Sequence record: NC_031937.1
Direction: 5' to 3' (one strand)
DNA: 38,979 bases
From: Escherichia phage LM33_P1
The notes beneath the pieces were generated by a model. The model saw only the letters and a program-made list of their open reading frames with translations. It ran no database searches and was not told where the DNA came from. The translations under genes and the position numbers were made by a program. Shown here piece after piece: positions 6,698-17,038 of the stretch (position 1 is its first letter; each line of letters opens with the position of its first letter).

Positions 6698-7785
6698 TGA
6701 CAACTATCAAAACTAACCCTCACCGCGCTGTAGATTACTCTGAGTCTGGAATTAAGAAGGCACTGGAAGCAGCCGGGTCTCTGGAAGCTGAAGTGAAGTA
6801 CGATGGTGTGCGCCTGAACCTCCTGGTCCTGCGTGAAGGTGAGACCTACTGGCTTAGCCGCGAGTCGAAACCTCTACCAGCCTTGGAGTGGATGAACTCT
6901 GAGTTAGGTAATGCGTGGACCCAAGCTGACTGGCGATGGTTCCTGCGTCAATCCGGCTACGAAGGTGTGGGCATGATGATTGATGGCGAGGTCATGGTCA
7001 AAGGTGTAGACTTCAACACCTCCTCAGGTCTCATCCGAACGAAGTGGCTCAAGCCTAACAACGAGGAGTTCGCTGAATACTATTCGCCGGCGACTGGTGG
7101 AAAGAAGCTCCCGTTCTGGGGATCCCGGTCACGACTTCAGGTTGTGGTCTACGGTGTCATCGACATGACAACCATTGCTGACCCGAAAGCCGAAGGTCCT
7201 ATCCATAGCGTCACACGCCTGAAGGCCGAAGCTATCGTCCCTCTCCTCCAGAAATACTTCCCGGAAATCGACTGGGTTCTGTCTGAGTCACACACGGTCT
7301 ATGACCTTGAGTCTCTCAACTCCCTGTACGAAGAGAAGCGTCTGGAAGGACACGAGGGTCTGGTAGTCAAGGACCCACTTGGTAAATACAAGCGCGGCAA
7401 GAAGTCAGGCATGTGGAAAATGAAGCCGGAGGACACCATTGATGGGACCGTGTGTGGACTCGTGTGGGGGACTCCTGGTAAGGCTAACGAAGGTAAGATC
7501 ATCGGCTTTGAGGTTCTACTGGAGGATGGCATGGTGGTCAACGCCTGCGGTCTGTCTGAAGAACAGAAGGACGGGTTTACGGCTAAGGTCAAGGAGGACA
7601 CGCTTGCTGCGGTTGGCATCTTTGCGCCGTACGGCATTGGTGGTAACGAACCTTGCTTCGATAACCCATACGAAGGCTGGCAGTGTGAAGTCCTCTTCAT
7701 GGAGAGGTTCCCTGATGGCTCCCTTCGTCACCCCAGCTTCAAGTGCTGGCGTGGAACCGAAGACAACCCAACGGTGAAGTCATGA
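6697..7785 (+). CDS. 1.3: ATP-dependent DNA ligase
   Basis: Similarity to T7 ligase including KYDGVR adenylation motif and C-terminal SLRHPSF..RGTEDNP; start taken at ATG overlapping the 1.2 stop (track ORF begins 6682). Confidence 0.9.
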   Translation: MTTIKTNPHRAVDYSESGIKKALEAAGSLEAEVKYDGVRLNLLVLREGETYWLSRESKPLPALEWMNSELGNAWTQADWRWFLRQSGYEGVGMMIDGEVMVKGVDFNTSSGLIRTKWLKPNNEEFAEYYSPATGGKKLPFWGSRSRLQVVVYGVIDMTTIADPKAEGPIHSVTRLKAEAIVPLLQKYFPEIDWVLSESHTVYDLESLNSLYEEKRLEGHEGLVVKDPLGKYKRGKKSGMWKMKPEDTIDGTVCGLVWGTPGKANEGKIIGFEVLLEDGMVVNACGLSEEQKDGFTAKVKEDTLAAVGIFAPYGIGGNEPCFDNPYEGWQCEVLFMERFPDGSLRHPSFKCWRGTEDNPTVKS

Positions 7786-7961
7786 GTACACAACTTTATA
7801 TCAACATAGCAAGTAGTCAACTCTACGCTGTGGTAAATGGCGAGCTGTGGTATCGTAAACTCAAGAAGTGGGCCAAGTCCTCCTACGATGAAGAGACAAT
7901 ATCAACCATGAGTCATCGCTACCGTAAGGCTGCTAAGGTGAACAACTTTAAGATGCGTTAA
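7782..7961 (+). CDS. Hypothetical small basic protein (59 aa)
   Basis: ATG overlapping ligase stop (ATGA); track ORF 7743..7961. Confidence 0.45.
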   Translation: MSTQLYINIASSQLYAVVNGELWYRKLKKWAKSSYDEETISTMSHRYRKAAKVNNFKMR

Positions 7962-7965
7962 CGTC

Positions 7966-7999
7966 AACCCAGTGGTCTTATGACTGCTGGGTTTCTTTG
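7966..7999 (+). terminator. Rho-independent terminator-like hairpin (AACCCAG/CTGGGTT) with U-tract; candidate early terminator TE
   Basis: 7-bp stem followed by TTTCTTTG, just upstream of a phage promoter. Confidence 0.5.
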
Positions 8000-8020
8000 C
8001 GTACGGGCCACCAGCTAGAC

Positions 8021-8043
8021 CCTAAGCTATCACTATAGGACAA
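8021..8043 (+). promoter_or_regulatory. Phage RNAP promoter (CCTAAGCTATCACTATAGGACAA)
   Basis: Consensus match. Confidence 0.7.
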
Positions 8044-8069
8044 CCCTAACCGACCAAAGGAGAAACCTT

Positions 8070-8324
8070 ATGTCTAAAAACTTAATGTTCAACCGATTTA
8101 CTCGAAGCTTCCACCTGTCGCATAGCCCATTCAGCTTCCATAAATCTAATCAACCATTACCCCGCTTTGGTAAGACAGTGGCTCTGTCTCCCACAGTTCA
8201 TGCGCTAGTCACCCGCAAGTCTATGCTGAAGGCTATGGATAAAGAACAAGTCGATGTACCTGTGGTCGTTACAAAATGGCCTCGCATTAAGCTGGCCCTT
8301 CTGGTAATTAAGGAAGTGTTTTGA
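8070..8324 (+). CDS. Gene 1.6-like protein
   Basis: C-terminal similarity to T7 gp1.6 (..RIKEVF) as recalled; RBS AAAGGAGAAA. Confidence 0.55.
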   Translation: MSKNLMFNRFTRSFHLSHSPFSFHKSNQPLPRFGKTVALSPTVHALVTRKSMLKAMDKEQVDVPVVVTKWPRIKLALLVIKEVF

Positions 8325-8662
8325 TGGCATATTGTGATAGCACCACATACTGTGAAGCATGTAATGGTGATGACCGCTTCCCACACGTTGGTAAACTTGT
8401 AGGTAACAAGCTGCAAGAAATTGATGGTGTACGCAAGCCATCCCACTATCAGGTCTTTGATGGCGTGGAATCCATTGAGATTATCGCACGGTCAATGACT
8501 GTGAGTGAGTTCCGTGGGTTCTGCATGGGTAACGTCCTGAAGTATCGACTCCGGGCTGGTAAGAAGTCAGAGCTGGCAACTATGGAGAAGGACCTGAACA
8601 AAGCAGCCTTCTATCAGGAGCTGTTCGACCTGCATAAAGGTAAGTGCTATGCTTCCGAGTGA
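8324..8662 (+). CDS. Gene 1.7-like protein (nucleotide kinase family, short form)
   Basis: C-terminal similarity to T7 gp1.7 (KPSHY..F...E.IE.IARSMTV..F.G.C.GN.LKYRLRAGKKSEL) as recalled; 113 aa versus about 196 in T7. Confidence 0.6.
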   Translation: MAYCDSTTYCEACNGDDRFPHVGKLVGNKLQEIDGVRKPSHYQVFDGVESIEIIARSMTVSEFRGFCMGNVLKYRLRAGKKSELATMEKDLNKAAFYQELFDLHKGKCYASE

Positions 8663-8672
8663 GTGGTGTGAA

Positions 8673-8744
8673 ATGATGTTCGAGAAGACAGGTAACACTG
8701 ACTACCTTGAATTGTATAACCAGTGGAAGGAGCGCGGTTTATGA
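8673..8744 (+). CDS. Possible mini-ORF (23 aa) at the gene 1.8 position
   Basis: ATG-initiated ORF overlapping the gp2 start; no strong RBS. Confidence 0.2.
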   Translation: MMFEKTGNTDYLELYNQWKERGL

Positions 8745-8899
8745 CTGAGGTTGAGAAGAAATACATCGTGGAGCTTGAGGGTCGCGTTCAGTCCTTCGAG
8801 GTTCCGTTGTACGCAAAGTCTCTTGAAGAGGCTACCCTGAAGTCCCAAGAGTATGAGGACGCTGGGTTTGTGGTCGGACGGATTCGCCCTGAGACCTAA
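8741..8899 (+). CDS. 2: Gp2-like inhibitor of host RNA polymerase (52 aa)
   Basis: Similarity to T7 Gp2 (..SFEVP.YA..L.EA......Y...GF.V.R.RP); below the ORF-track cutoff. Confidence 0.7.
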   Translation: MTEVEKKYIVELEGRVQSFEVPLYAKSLEEATLKSQEYEDAGFVVGRIRPET

Positions 8900-8917
8900 A
8901 CTATCACTGTAGGACAG
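8895..8917 (+). promoter_or_regulatory. Phage RNAP promoter variant (CTAAACTATCACTGTAGGACAG)
   Basis: Consensus match with TG at -3/-2. Confidence 0.6.
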
Positions 8918-8956
8918 ACGTCCAGTTAGTAACTTTAAATTAGGAGATTTACACCA

Positions 8957-9649
8957 ATGGCTAAAGAGCAACTGAAGACTTTCACCACTCCGGTAGCTGG
9001 TATCGTTGAGCCTTACGCATGGCTGAACAAAGCAGACACCAAGTTTAATGAACGTGGTGAGCATAAGGTTAACCTGACGTTCGACCTGAGCGACCCGAAG
9101 GTCCGTAAGATGATTGATGTCTTACAGAAGATTCACGACGATGCGTATGCGAAAGCACTCGCAGACCACGAGAAGAACCCACCTCAGGTTCAGCGTGGCA
9201 AGAAGCCTATTGAACCACGTGAAGGCGACATGCCGTGGATTGAGAATGGTGACGGTACTGTTACCCTTAAGTTTAAATGCTTTGCGTCTTACCTGAAAGA
9301 CGGCAAGTCCGAGCCTATCTTATTACGGTTCTACGACACCGATGCTAAACTCATCCGTGACGTCCCGAATATTAGCGCTGGCTCCAAACTGAAGGTCAAG
9401 TTTAAAGTCCTGCCGTTCAAGTGGAACGCTGCGACCGGTGCAAGCGTTAAGCTCCAGCTTGAGTCCTGCCTTCTTGTAGAACTGAAGGAGTGGAAAGGTG
9501 CTGGTGGTGATGGTGGCTGGGGTGATGATGAAGACCTTGGTACTGGCTACAAAGCGCCAACCGATGGTGACTTCGGGTCTGATGCCTTCGGTGACGATGG
9601 TTCCGAAGGTGGTGACGACTCCAGCTCTGGTGGCGATTACGACTTCTAA
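8957..9649 (+). CDS. 2.5: Single-stranded DNA-binding protein with acidic C-terminal tail ending in F
   Basis: Similarity to T7 gp2.5 (MAK.....EPYA., GDMP...NGDGT..FKFKC.AS, SKLKVK....P.KWN.A.GASVKLQLES..LVEL); D/E/G-rich tail ...GGDYDF. Confidence 0.9.
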   Translation: MAKEQLKTFTTPVAGIVEPYAWLNKADTKFNERGEHKVNLTFDLSDPKVRKMIDVLQKIHDDAYAKALADHEKNPPQVQRGKKPIEPREGDMPWIENGDGTVTLKFKCFASYLKDGKSEPILLRFYDTDAKLIRDVPNISAGSKLKVKFKVLPFKWNAATGASVKLQLESCLLVELKEWKGAGGDGGWGDDEDLGTGYKAPTDGDFGSDAFGDDGSEGGDDSSSGGDYDF

Positions 9650-10101
9650 TGGCCCAATGGTCTGCAAAACGGGGGCACTCTGTGGGTGCCTACCGCTCTG
9701 GACTTGAAGCCAAGAACCAGCAGTGGCTGGAACAGAACGGCGTCAAAGCGGAGTACGAAAGCCATTATATCAACTATGTGATTCCGGCTTCCGACCACAA
9801 GTACACACCAGATTTTATCCTTCCTAACGGTATCATCGTGGAGACCAAAGGTATCTTCGATAGTGATGACCGTAAGAAGCACCTTCTGGTACGAGAACAG
9901 CACCCAGAGTTAGACATCCGGTTCGTGTTCTCAAGTTCACGCTCCAAGTTATACAAAGGGTCTCCAACCACGTATGGCGCATGGTGCGAAAAGAACGGCT
10001 ATAAGTATGCCGATAAATTCATCCCGGTTGAGTGGCTTCGAGAGGCGACTGTACGTCTGCCTTCAGGTATACTCATCCCCAAGAAGAAAGGAGTTAAGTG
10101 A
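9649..10101 (+). CDS. 3: Endonuclease I (Holliday junction resolvase)
   Basis: Similarity to T7 gp3 (YTPDF.LPNGI.VETKG...SDDRKKHLL.REQHPELDIR.VFSSSR.KLYKGSPT.YG). Confidence 0.9.
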   Translation: MAQWSAKRGHSVGAYRSGLEAKNQQWLEQNGVKAEYESHYINYVIPASDHKYTPDFILPNGIIVETKGIFDSDDRKKHLLVREQHPELDIRFVFSSSRSKLYKGSPTTYGAWCEKNGYKYADKFIPVEWLREATVRLPSGILIPKKKGVK

Positions 10102-10592
10102 TGAGCAAGAAGTTTAAACTGTTAGTAGATGCGCATGGCTGGCCTAGTGGGACTATAGTTACCAAGTGTGAGAATGACCCCGTACCAGATTCAAGAATGA
10201 CCCTAGTTGAGTGCCAGATTCCAGGCGCATACAAACATGGGTCTAACGGCTGCAATACTCAGCCTGAGGGTATGTGGGGAGCATGGGTCCTTAATTGGAA
10301 ACTTGAGGAAATCAAGCCGGAAGAGAAACTCACTGGTGTCCAAACCACTCAAGTCCTGCCAGCTTCGAGCGTACCGCCTGTGACTTTGAAGCGTGAAGTC
10401 CTGACCATCGACAAGATTGGTGTAGGCCAGACGTTCATCGTCCATGGAAAGCCTGAAGAAGTTTACGTGAAGATTAGCAACTCACACGTCTTCAACCATA
10501 AGCATCTCCAGATGCACACCACGGACGCACAACGCTTCACCCAGCACCTGAATCTGGTTGTCGTAGAATTGGTGGTGTACAATGGTAAGTAA
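10101..10592 (+). CDS. Hypothetical protein (163 aa) between endonuclease I and amidase
   Basis: ORF with RBS AAAGGAG, ATG overlapping the gene 3 stop (TGATG); no T7 counterpart recognised. Confidence 0.6.
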   Translation: MSKKFKLLVDAHGWPSGTIVTKCENDPVPDSRMTLVECQIPGAYKHGSNGCNTQPEGMWGAWVLNWKLEEIKPEEKLTGVQTTQVLPASSVPPVTLKREVLTIDKIGVGQTFIVHGKPEEVYVKISNSHVFNHKHLQMHTTDAQRFTQHLNLVVVELVVYNGK

Positions 10593-11040
10593 GGTACAGT
10601 TCAATCCACGGTCCCGGACCGACGCTATCTTCGTACACTGTTCGGCTACCAAGCCAGAGATGGACATCGGGGTAGAGACCATCCGTATGTGGCACAAGCA
10701 GCAAGGCTGGCTGGACGTAGGCTACCACTTTATCATCAAGCGCGATGGCACTGTGGAAGAGGGACGCCCGGTCAATGTCGTAGGGTCACACGTTAAGGAC
10801 TGGAACTCACGGTCTGTAGGCGTCTGCCTTGTAGGTGGAATTGACGCTAAGGGCAAGTTTGAAGCTAACTTCACTCCGGCCCAGATGAACTCCCTGCGCA
10901 ACAAGCTGGCTGACCTGAAGGACTTGTATCCTCAGGCAGAAATCAAAGCACATCATGACGTAGCACCAAAGGCGTGTCCAAGTTTCGACTTGCAACGCTG
11001 GCTGTCTACCAATGAACTGGTCACTTCCGACCGAGGCTAA
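10582..11040 (+). CDS. 3.5: N-acetylmuramoyl-L-alanine amidase (T7 lysozyme, RNAP-binding)
   Basis: Strong similarity to T7 gp3.5 (DAIFVHCSATKP, WLDVGYHFIIKRDGTVE, CPSFDL..W....ELVTSDRG). Confidence 0.92.
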   Translation: MVSKVQFNPRSRTDAIFVHCSATKPEMDIGVETIRMWHKQQGWLDVGYHFIIKRDGTVEEGRPVNVVGSHVKDWNSRSVGVCLVGGIDAKGKFEANFTPAQMNSLRNKLADLKDLYPQAEIKAHHDVAPKACPSFDLQRWLSTNELVTSDRG

Positions 11041-11058
11041 ACTATCACCGTAGGGATG
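11036..11058 (+). promoter_or_regulatory. Phage RNAP promoter variant (CTAAACTATCACCGTAGGGATG), followed by 5' stem-loop 11053-11077
   Basis: Consensus match except CG at -4/-3; transcript would start with 10-bp hairpin GGGATGAGAC/GTCTTGTCCC. Confidence 0.55.
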
Positions 11059-11103
11059 AGACCACGAGTCTTGTCCCTTTGTTCGCATTTGAGATTAAGA
11101 AAT

Positions 11104-11182
11104 GTCTCCATAGCTCAAACGGTAGAGCGGCGGGTCGTGATGGCCTATTGCGATTAGGGTTCGAATCCCCGTGGAGACGCCA
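11104..11182 (+). tRNA. tRNA-like element (7-bp acceptor stem, canonical D-arm, T-loop GGTTCGAATCC, encoded CCA; anticodon arm non-canonical)
   Basis: GTCTCCA...TGGAGAC acceptor pairing, D-arm GCTC-AAACGGTA-GAGC, T-arm TAGGG-TTCGAAT-CCCCG, 3' GCCA; 76 nt plus CCA; no well-paired anticodon stem found by hand (candidate loops UCGUGAU or UUGCGAU). Confidence 0.5.
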
Positions 11183-11193
11183 CTAAGGAGTGA

Positions 11194-12897
<1,704 letters not shown>

Positions 12898-12939
12898 TCG
12901 GGACATCGCTGACTATAAGAATTTTACGGAGGACCGTTA

Positions 12940-13104
12940 GTGTTAAAGAAACTTAAAGCTCGCTACCATCGGTTCATGTACAAATGGTGGAGCGACGAAG
13001 CAACCTGCCTGTCGAACATTCTGGGAGACCAGCGGTTCAACTCTGAGGCATGGAAGAAAGCTAACCGGAAGTTCATGTATCACTTCTTGCGTACAGACTT
13101 CTAG
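12940..13104 (+). CDS. Possible small protein (54 aa, GTG start) in the gene 4.3/4.5 position
   Basis: GTG preceded by GGAGGA; basic/aromatic-rich; below the ORF-track cutoff. Confidence 0.3.
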   Translation: MLKKLKARYHRFMYKWWSDEATCLSNILGDQRFNSEAWKKANRKFMYHFLRTDF

Positions 13105-13109
13105 GTCTA

Positions 13110-13145
13110 GACTCAAGGTCATTCACATAGAGTGGCCTTTATGAT
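13110..13145 (+). promoter_or_regulatory. RNase III-type processing hairpin (AAGGTCA/TGGCCTT) upstream of gene 5
   Basis: Second copy of box AGACTCAAGGTCAT...GTGGCCTTTATGATTA. Confidence 0.5.
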
Positions 13146-13167
13146 TAGACTAAACGGAGGATTAACC

Positions 13168-15339
13168 ATGTTTGACCTTAAGAGTATCTGGGGTTCTGAC
13201 ATCGAGACCAACGGTCTCCTTGATACAGTCTCCCAGTTTCACTGTGGGGTCCTGATTAACGCCGAGTCGAATGAGACCCTTAAGTATGGGGTAGCTCCGA
13301 TGGTCGGTATCGTCGGTGGCTTCAAAGAGTATGTGCAGAAGGTGGAAGAGATTGCCGCATCACCTGATGGTATGCTGGTATTCCACAACGGTATCAACTA
13401 TGACGTCCCGGCTATTGACAAGCTGAAGCGTCTGTACTTCGGGAAACGCTTTAACTTCCCGAAACACAAGATGATTGATACCTTGGTGCTGGGTCGCTTG
13501 ATGTATCCCAACATTAAGTTCTCAGACATGGGCGCAGTGAAAGCTGGTCGTCTGCCACCTAAGATGATGGGACGCCAGTCTCTTGAGGCTTGGGGCTATC
13601 GTCTCGGTGAGATGAAAGGTGAGTACAAACACGATTACGTTGCCAAGTGCAAGGCTGAAGGTATCGAATATAAGGCTGGGGACGAATGGTTGTTCCCGTC
13701 TCAGGAGATGCTAGACTATAACGTTCAAGACGTTGTGGTCACACTGGCGTTGTTCAAGAAGTTCCTGACTGACAAGTATTACTTCCAGTCTGAACAGTTC
13801 GCTTTCGACCAGATTTATGCGTTGCGTCTGGAACATGATGCTGCGTGGACCTGTGCGAAGATGGAACGTAACGGCTATCCGATGAACACCGAGATGGTCG
13901 AAGGCTTATATCGTGAACTCACCGTCAAACGTGCAGAGCTGCTGGACAAGCTGCGTTCGACTTTCGGTAGCTGGTACGCACCAAAGGGCGGAAAGGAGTT
14001 CTTCAAGCACCCACGGACAGGCAAGGACCTTCCGAAGTATCCGAGAGTCGTGTATCCTAAGGTCGGTGGCATCTTTAAGAAGCCGAAGAACAAAGCTCAA
14101 CGCTTAGGTCTTGAACCCTGTGAACGCGATACGCGAGACACGATGGAGGGAGCACCATTCACGCCAATCACTTACGTTGAGTTTAATCCGGGAAGCGGAG
14201 ACCACTTAGCGAAAGTCTTGATGGAGCGTGGCTGGGAGCCTGTGGACTTCACTGACACCGGGAAACCTGTAGTCGATGACGAGACGTTGGAACACGTTAA
14301 GTTACCAGACGCAGAGGCTCAGGCTTGCGTAGAGCTGGTCCGTGAGTATCTGGTAGTCCAGAAGCGCATCGGTCAGGCGGCTGAAGGTAAGAACGCATGG
14401 TTGAAACTTGTAGGTCAAGACGGACGTATGCACGGTTCAATCAACCCATGCGGGGCAGTAACCGGACGTGCGACCCATAGTGCACCAAACATGGCTCAGG
14501 TACCTGCTAACGGTGCTCCGTATGGTGAGACTTGCCGTGGTGCTTTCGGTGCAGCGTGGAACAAGAAGGACGGCAAGCCAGACCCTTGGGTTCAAGTAGG
14601 CGTGGATGCTTCAGGTCTTGAGCTTCGTTGTCTGGGGAACCGAGCGGCACCGTTTGATGGTGGCGACTATGCTAAGACTGTGGTAGAAGGCGACATCCAC
14701 TGGGCCAACGCAGTCAACGCTGGGTTAGCACCTAACGTCCCACGCGACAAGTCGAGCCATGACCACGATGCTTTCCGTAATAACGCCAAGACGTTCATCT
14801 ATGCGTTCCTGTATGGCGCAGGGGCCGCTAAGATTGGACTGATAGTTGGTGGTGGTAAGAAGGAAGGTGCGGCCCTGATGAAGAAATTCATTGAGGGTAC
14901 ACCAGCTATCAAGGACCTCAGGGAAGCTGTGAGTAATACGTTAATCTCAGACTCTAAGTGGGTGGACGGAGAGAACATCGTTAAGTGGAAACGCCGTTGG
15001 CTGCGTGGACTTGATGGTCGCCGTATCCACATCCGGTCTCCACACTCAGCACTGAACGCATTACTTCAAGGTGATGGTGCGGTAGTCTGTAAGACTTGGT
15101 TCACTTGGCTGGAGCGTAACCTCGAAGCTAAGGGCTATGTTCACGGGTGGGATGGGGACTTTGCGATTATGGCATTTGTCCACGATGAAGTTCAGGTTGC
15201 TGCCCGCACCATGGAGATTGCTGAGGACATCGTTAAGGTTGCTCAGTCCACGATGCGCGAGGTGGGTGAGTTCTATCAGTTTAAATGCGTATTGGACACC
15301 GAGGGCAAGATAGGCCCTACGTGGAAAGAATGCCACTAA
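13168..15339 (+). CDS. 5: DNA polymerase (family A) with thioredoxin-binding loop
   Basis: Collinear similarity to T7 gp5 including KYPR...PKVGGIFKKPKNKAQR thioredoxin-binding segment; start taken at ATG after RBS AACGGAGG (track ORF begins 13132 inside the hairpin). Confidence 0.93.
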   Translation: MFDLKSIWGSDIETNGLLDTVSQFHCGVLINAESNETLKYGVAPMVGIVGGFKEYVQKVEEIAASPDGMLVFHNGINYDVPAIDKLKRLYFGKRFNFPKHKMIDTLVLGRLMYPNIKFSDMGAVKAGRLPPKMMGRQSLEAWGYRLGEMKGEYKHDYVAKCKAEGIEYKAGDEWLFPSQEMLDYNVQDVVVTLALFKKFLTDKYYFQSEQFAFDQIYALRLEHDAAWTCAKMERNGYPMNTEMVEGLYRELTVKRAELLDKLRSTFGSWYAPKGGKEFFKHPRTGKDLPKYPRVVYPKVGGIFKKPKNKAQRLGLEPCERDTRDTMEGAPFTPITYVEFNPGSGDHLAKVLMERGWEPVDFTDTGKPVVDDETLEHVKLPDAEAQACVELVREYLVVQKRIGQAAEGKNAWLKLVGQDGRMHGSINPCGAVTGRATHSAPNMAQVPANGAPYGETCRGAFGAAWNKKDGKPDPWVQVGVDASGLELRCLGNRAAPFDGGDYAKTVVEGDIHWANAVNAGLAPNVPRDKSSHDHDAFRNNAKTFIYAFLYGAGAAKIGLIVGGGKKEGAALMKKFIEGTPAIKDLREAVSNTLISDSKWVDGENIVKWKRRWLRGLDGRRIHIRSPHSALNALLQGDGAVVCKTWFTWLERNLEAKGYVHGWDGDFAIMAFVHDEVQVAARTMEIAEDIVKVAQSTMREVGEFYQFKCVLDTEGKIGPTWKECH

Positions 15340-15349
15340 GGAGGTGCAG

Positions 15350-15658
15350 ATGGGCGGTGTAGCCACTCTCCGCTTCCACAAGATGCCTACGGGTTGTATC
15401 GTTTGTGTATCCCACCGTAGAAATCAGGATGGGTACTTTCGGTATACTGTAGGCTCTGCCCGTAAGCCGGGACGTAAAGCGTTTATGTTTCACCGCTGGG
15501 TCTGGGAGCAACAGGTCGGACCGATTCCTGAGGGATTCGAGATAGACCATTTGTGTTTAAACCGTGGGTGCTGTAACATTGAGCACTTGCAGTGTATTGA
15601 CGGGACCGAGCATACTGTCAAGACCAACCGTGAGCGGAAGCTCATCAAGAAGAAATAA
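15350..15658 (+). CDS. HNH endonuclease (putative homing endonuclease)
   Basis: Motif ..FHRWVWEQQVGPIPEGFEIDHLCLNRGCCNIEHLQ..GTEH.. with Cys pairs; RBS AAGGAGG 5 nt upstream of ATG. Confidence 0.8.
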   Translation: MGGVATLRFHKMPTGCIVCVSHRRNQDGYFRYTVGSARKPGRKAFMFHRWVWEQQVGPIPEGFEIDHLCLNRGCCNIEHLQCIDGTEHTVKTNRERKLIKKK

Positions 15659-15669
15659 GGAGAAAGCTA

Positions 15670-15969
15670 ATGGCTATGACCAAACGCGCTATCGTAAGTT
15701 TCAACCTTAAGGCTGTACTTCCTACAGACCAAGAGGAAATCATCATTGGTGGTCTGCGTGAGCTGGCTAAGAGCGTTAACTCAGGTGAAATCGAGCCTGA
15801 CGGTAAGCAGCGCCATATGTTGACCCTGTGGCTAACAGAAGGTATGGACTCGGTGATTGAGTTCGTTCTGCGCGCTAGCTTACGGTCAATGGTTAAAGAT
15901 GCTGTACAGGAATATTCAGACTCAGAGTTCTTCAGTGTCTCACCAGCCACCGTGAGGTTCAAACAATGA
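15670..15969 (+). CDS. 5.5: Gene 5.5 protein (H-NS-binding family)
   Basis: Similarity to T7 gp5.5 (MAMTK...VSF, ..PNGKQ.., ..SPATVR). Confidence 0.8.
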   Translation: MAMTKRAIVSFNLKAVLPTDQEEIIIGGLRELAKSVNSGEIEPDGKQRHMLTLWLTEGMDSVIEFVLRASLRSMVKDAVQEYSDSEFFSVSPATVRFKQ

Positions 15970-16175
15970 GTGAATACTTACGGGTCCTAGCGGCCCTCAA
16001 GTCCTGCCCGAAGACCTTCCAGTCCAACTATGTGCGCAACAACGCTGCACTTGTGGCTGAGGCTGCGAGTCGTGGACATCTAAGCTGCCTGTCTATGGAT
16101 GGGCGTAACAACGGTGCGTGGGAGATTACCGCTGCTGGCACCAAGTTCCTGAACCAACACGGAGGATGCCTGTGA
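15966..16175 (+). CDS. 5.7: Gene 5.7 protein
   Basis: Strong similarity to T7 gp5.7 (LKSCPKTFQSNYVRNNA.LVAEAASRGH.SCL...GRN.GAWEITA.GT.FL...GGC). Confidence 0.85.
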   Translation: MSEYLRVLAALKSCPKTFQSNYVRNNAALVAEAASRGHLSCLSMDGRNNGAWEITAAGTKFLNQHGGCL

Positions 16176-17038
16176 GCGAAAAGAAAATAGCTCTGGTGCT
16201 AGACGGTGACTACTTAGTGTTCTCTTCTATGGCTGCTGCCGAGGACGAGACAGACTGGGGTGATGGCATCTGGACCCTTATCTGCGACCATGAGAAGGCT
16301 CGTCGTATCCTTGAGAACACCATCGCTGAAATCGTTAAGAAGCGTAAGGCGTGGAAAGACGCTAAGATTGTGATGTGCTTTACTGACGATAACAACTGGC
16401 GTAAGGACGTGCTACCTACCTATAAGGCCAACCGTAAAGGTTCTCGCAAGCCTGTAGGTTACAAGAAGTTCGTAGCCGAAGTGATGGCTGACCCACGGTT
16501 CAACAGCTTCCTACGTCCTACACTTGAGGGTGATGACTGTATGGGTATCATCGGGACACGACCTCAGATTGTAGGCTGTGACCATGCTGTTCTGGTGTCC
16601 TGCGATAAGGACTTCAAGACCATCCCGAACTGTGAGTTCTTCTGGTTAACCACTGGTGAAATTCTAAGTCATACTACTGCTGAGGCAGACTACTGGCACA
16701 TGGAGCAGACCATCAAGGGTGACACTACAGATGGCTACGGTGGCATTCCGGGGATGGGCGAGGATACTACTCGTGCGTTCCTTGACGAGCCGTACTACTT
16801 CGTGCAGGAGAGCCGTGAGCTTAAGACTGGCAAGAACAAAGGCCAGATTAAGACTGAGTGGAAGAAGTATCCTAAGCGTGAAGACATGACGCTGTGGGAC
16901 TGCATGGTGACTCTGGCTGCTAAAGCTGGGATGACCGAGGAGGAACTTCTGGTCCAAGCTCAGGTAGCTCGTATTTGTCGAGCCTCCGACTACGACCCTA
17001 CGTCCAAGGAGGTCATCCTATGGACACCATCCATGTAA
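16166..17038 (+). CDS. 6: 5'-3' exonuclease
   Basis: Similarity to T7 gp6 (WRK....YKANRK...KPVGY, SCDKDFKTIPNC.F.W.TTG, WH..QTIKGD.TDGY.GI.G, TLWDC......KAGMTEE); true start may be GTG at 16172 after GGAGG. Confidence 0.9.
   Translation: MPVSEKKIALVLDGDYLVFSSMAAAEDETDWGDGIWTLICDHEKARRILENTIAEIVKKRKAWKDAKIVMCFTDDNNWRKDVLPTYKANRKGSRKPVGYKKFVAEVMADPRFNSFLRPTLEGDDCMGIIGTRPQIVGCDHAVLVSCDKDFKTIPNCEFFWLTTGEILSHTTAEADYWHMEQTIKGDTTDGYGGIPGMGEDTTRAFLDEPYYFVQESRELKTGKNKGQIKTEWKKYPKREDMTLWDCMVTLAAKAGMTEEELLVQAQVARICRASDYDPTSKEVILWTPSM

Noticed and set aside
7299-7700. Antisense and alternative-frame ORFs within the ligase gene
   Set aside because: Overlap a well-supported conserved CDS, with no signals; considered frame noise.
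11053-11090. Hairpin plus T-rich run right after the promoter at 11036, considered as an intrinsic terminator/attenuator
   Set aside because: It sits at +1 to +25 of the transcript, like the stabilising 5' stem-loops at the start of other late transcripts here and in T7; more likely a 5'-end hairpin than a terminator, though attenuation is not excluded.
11104-11182. Calling the tRNA-like element a canonical tRNA with a defined anticodon (Arg-GCG, Thr-CGU or His-GUG readings)
   Set aside because: No cloverleaf register gives a properly paired anticodon stem; isotype assignment would be a guess, so only a tRNA-like call is made.
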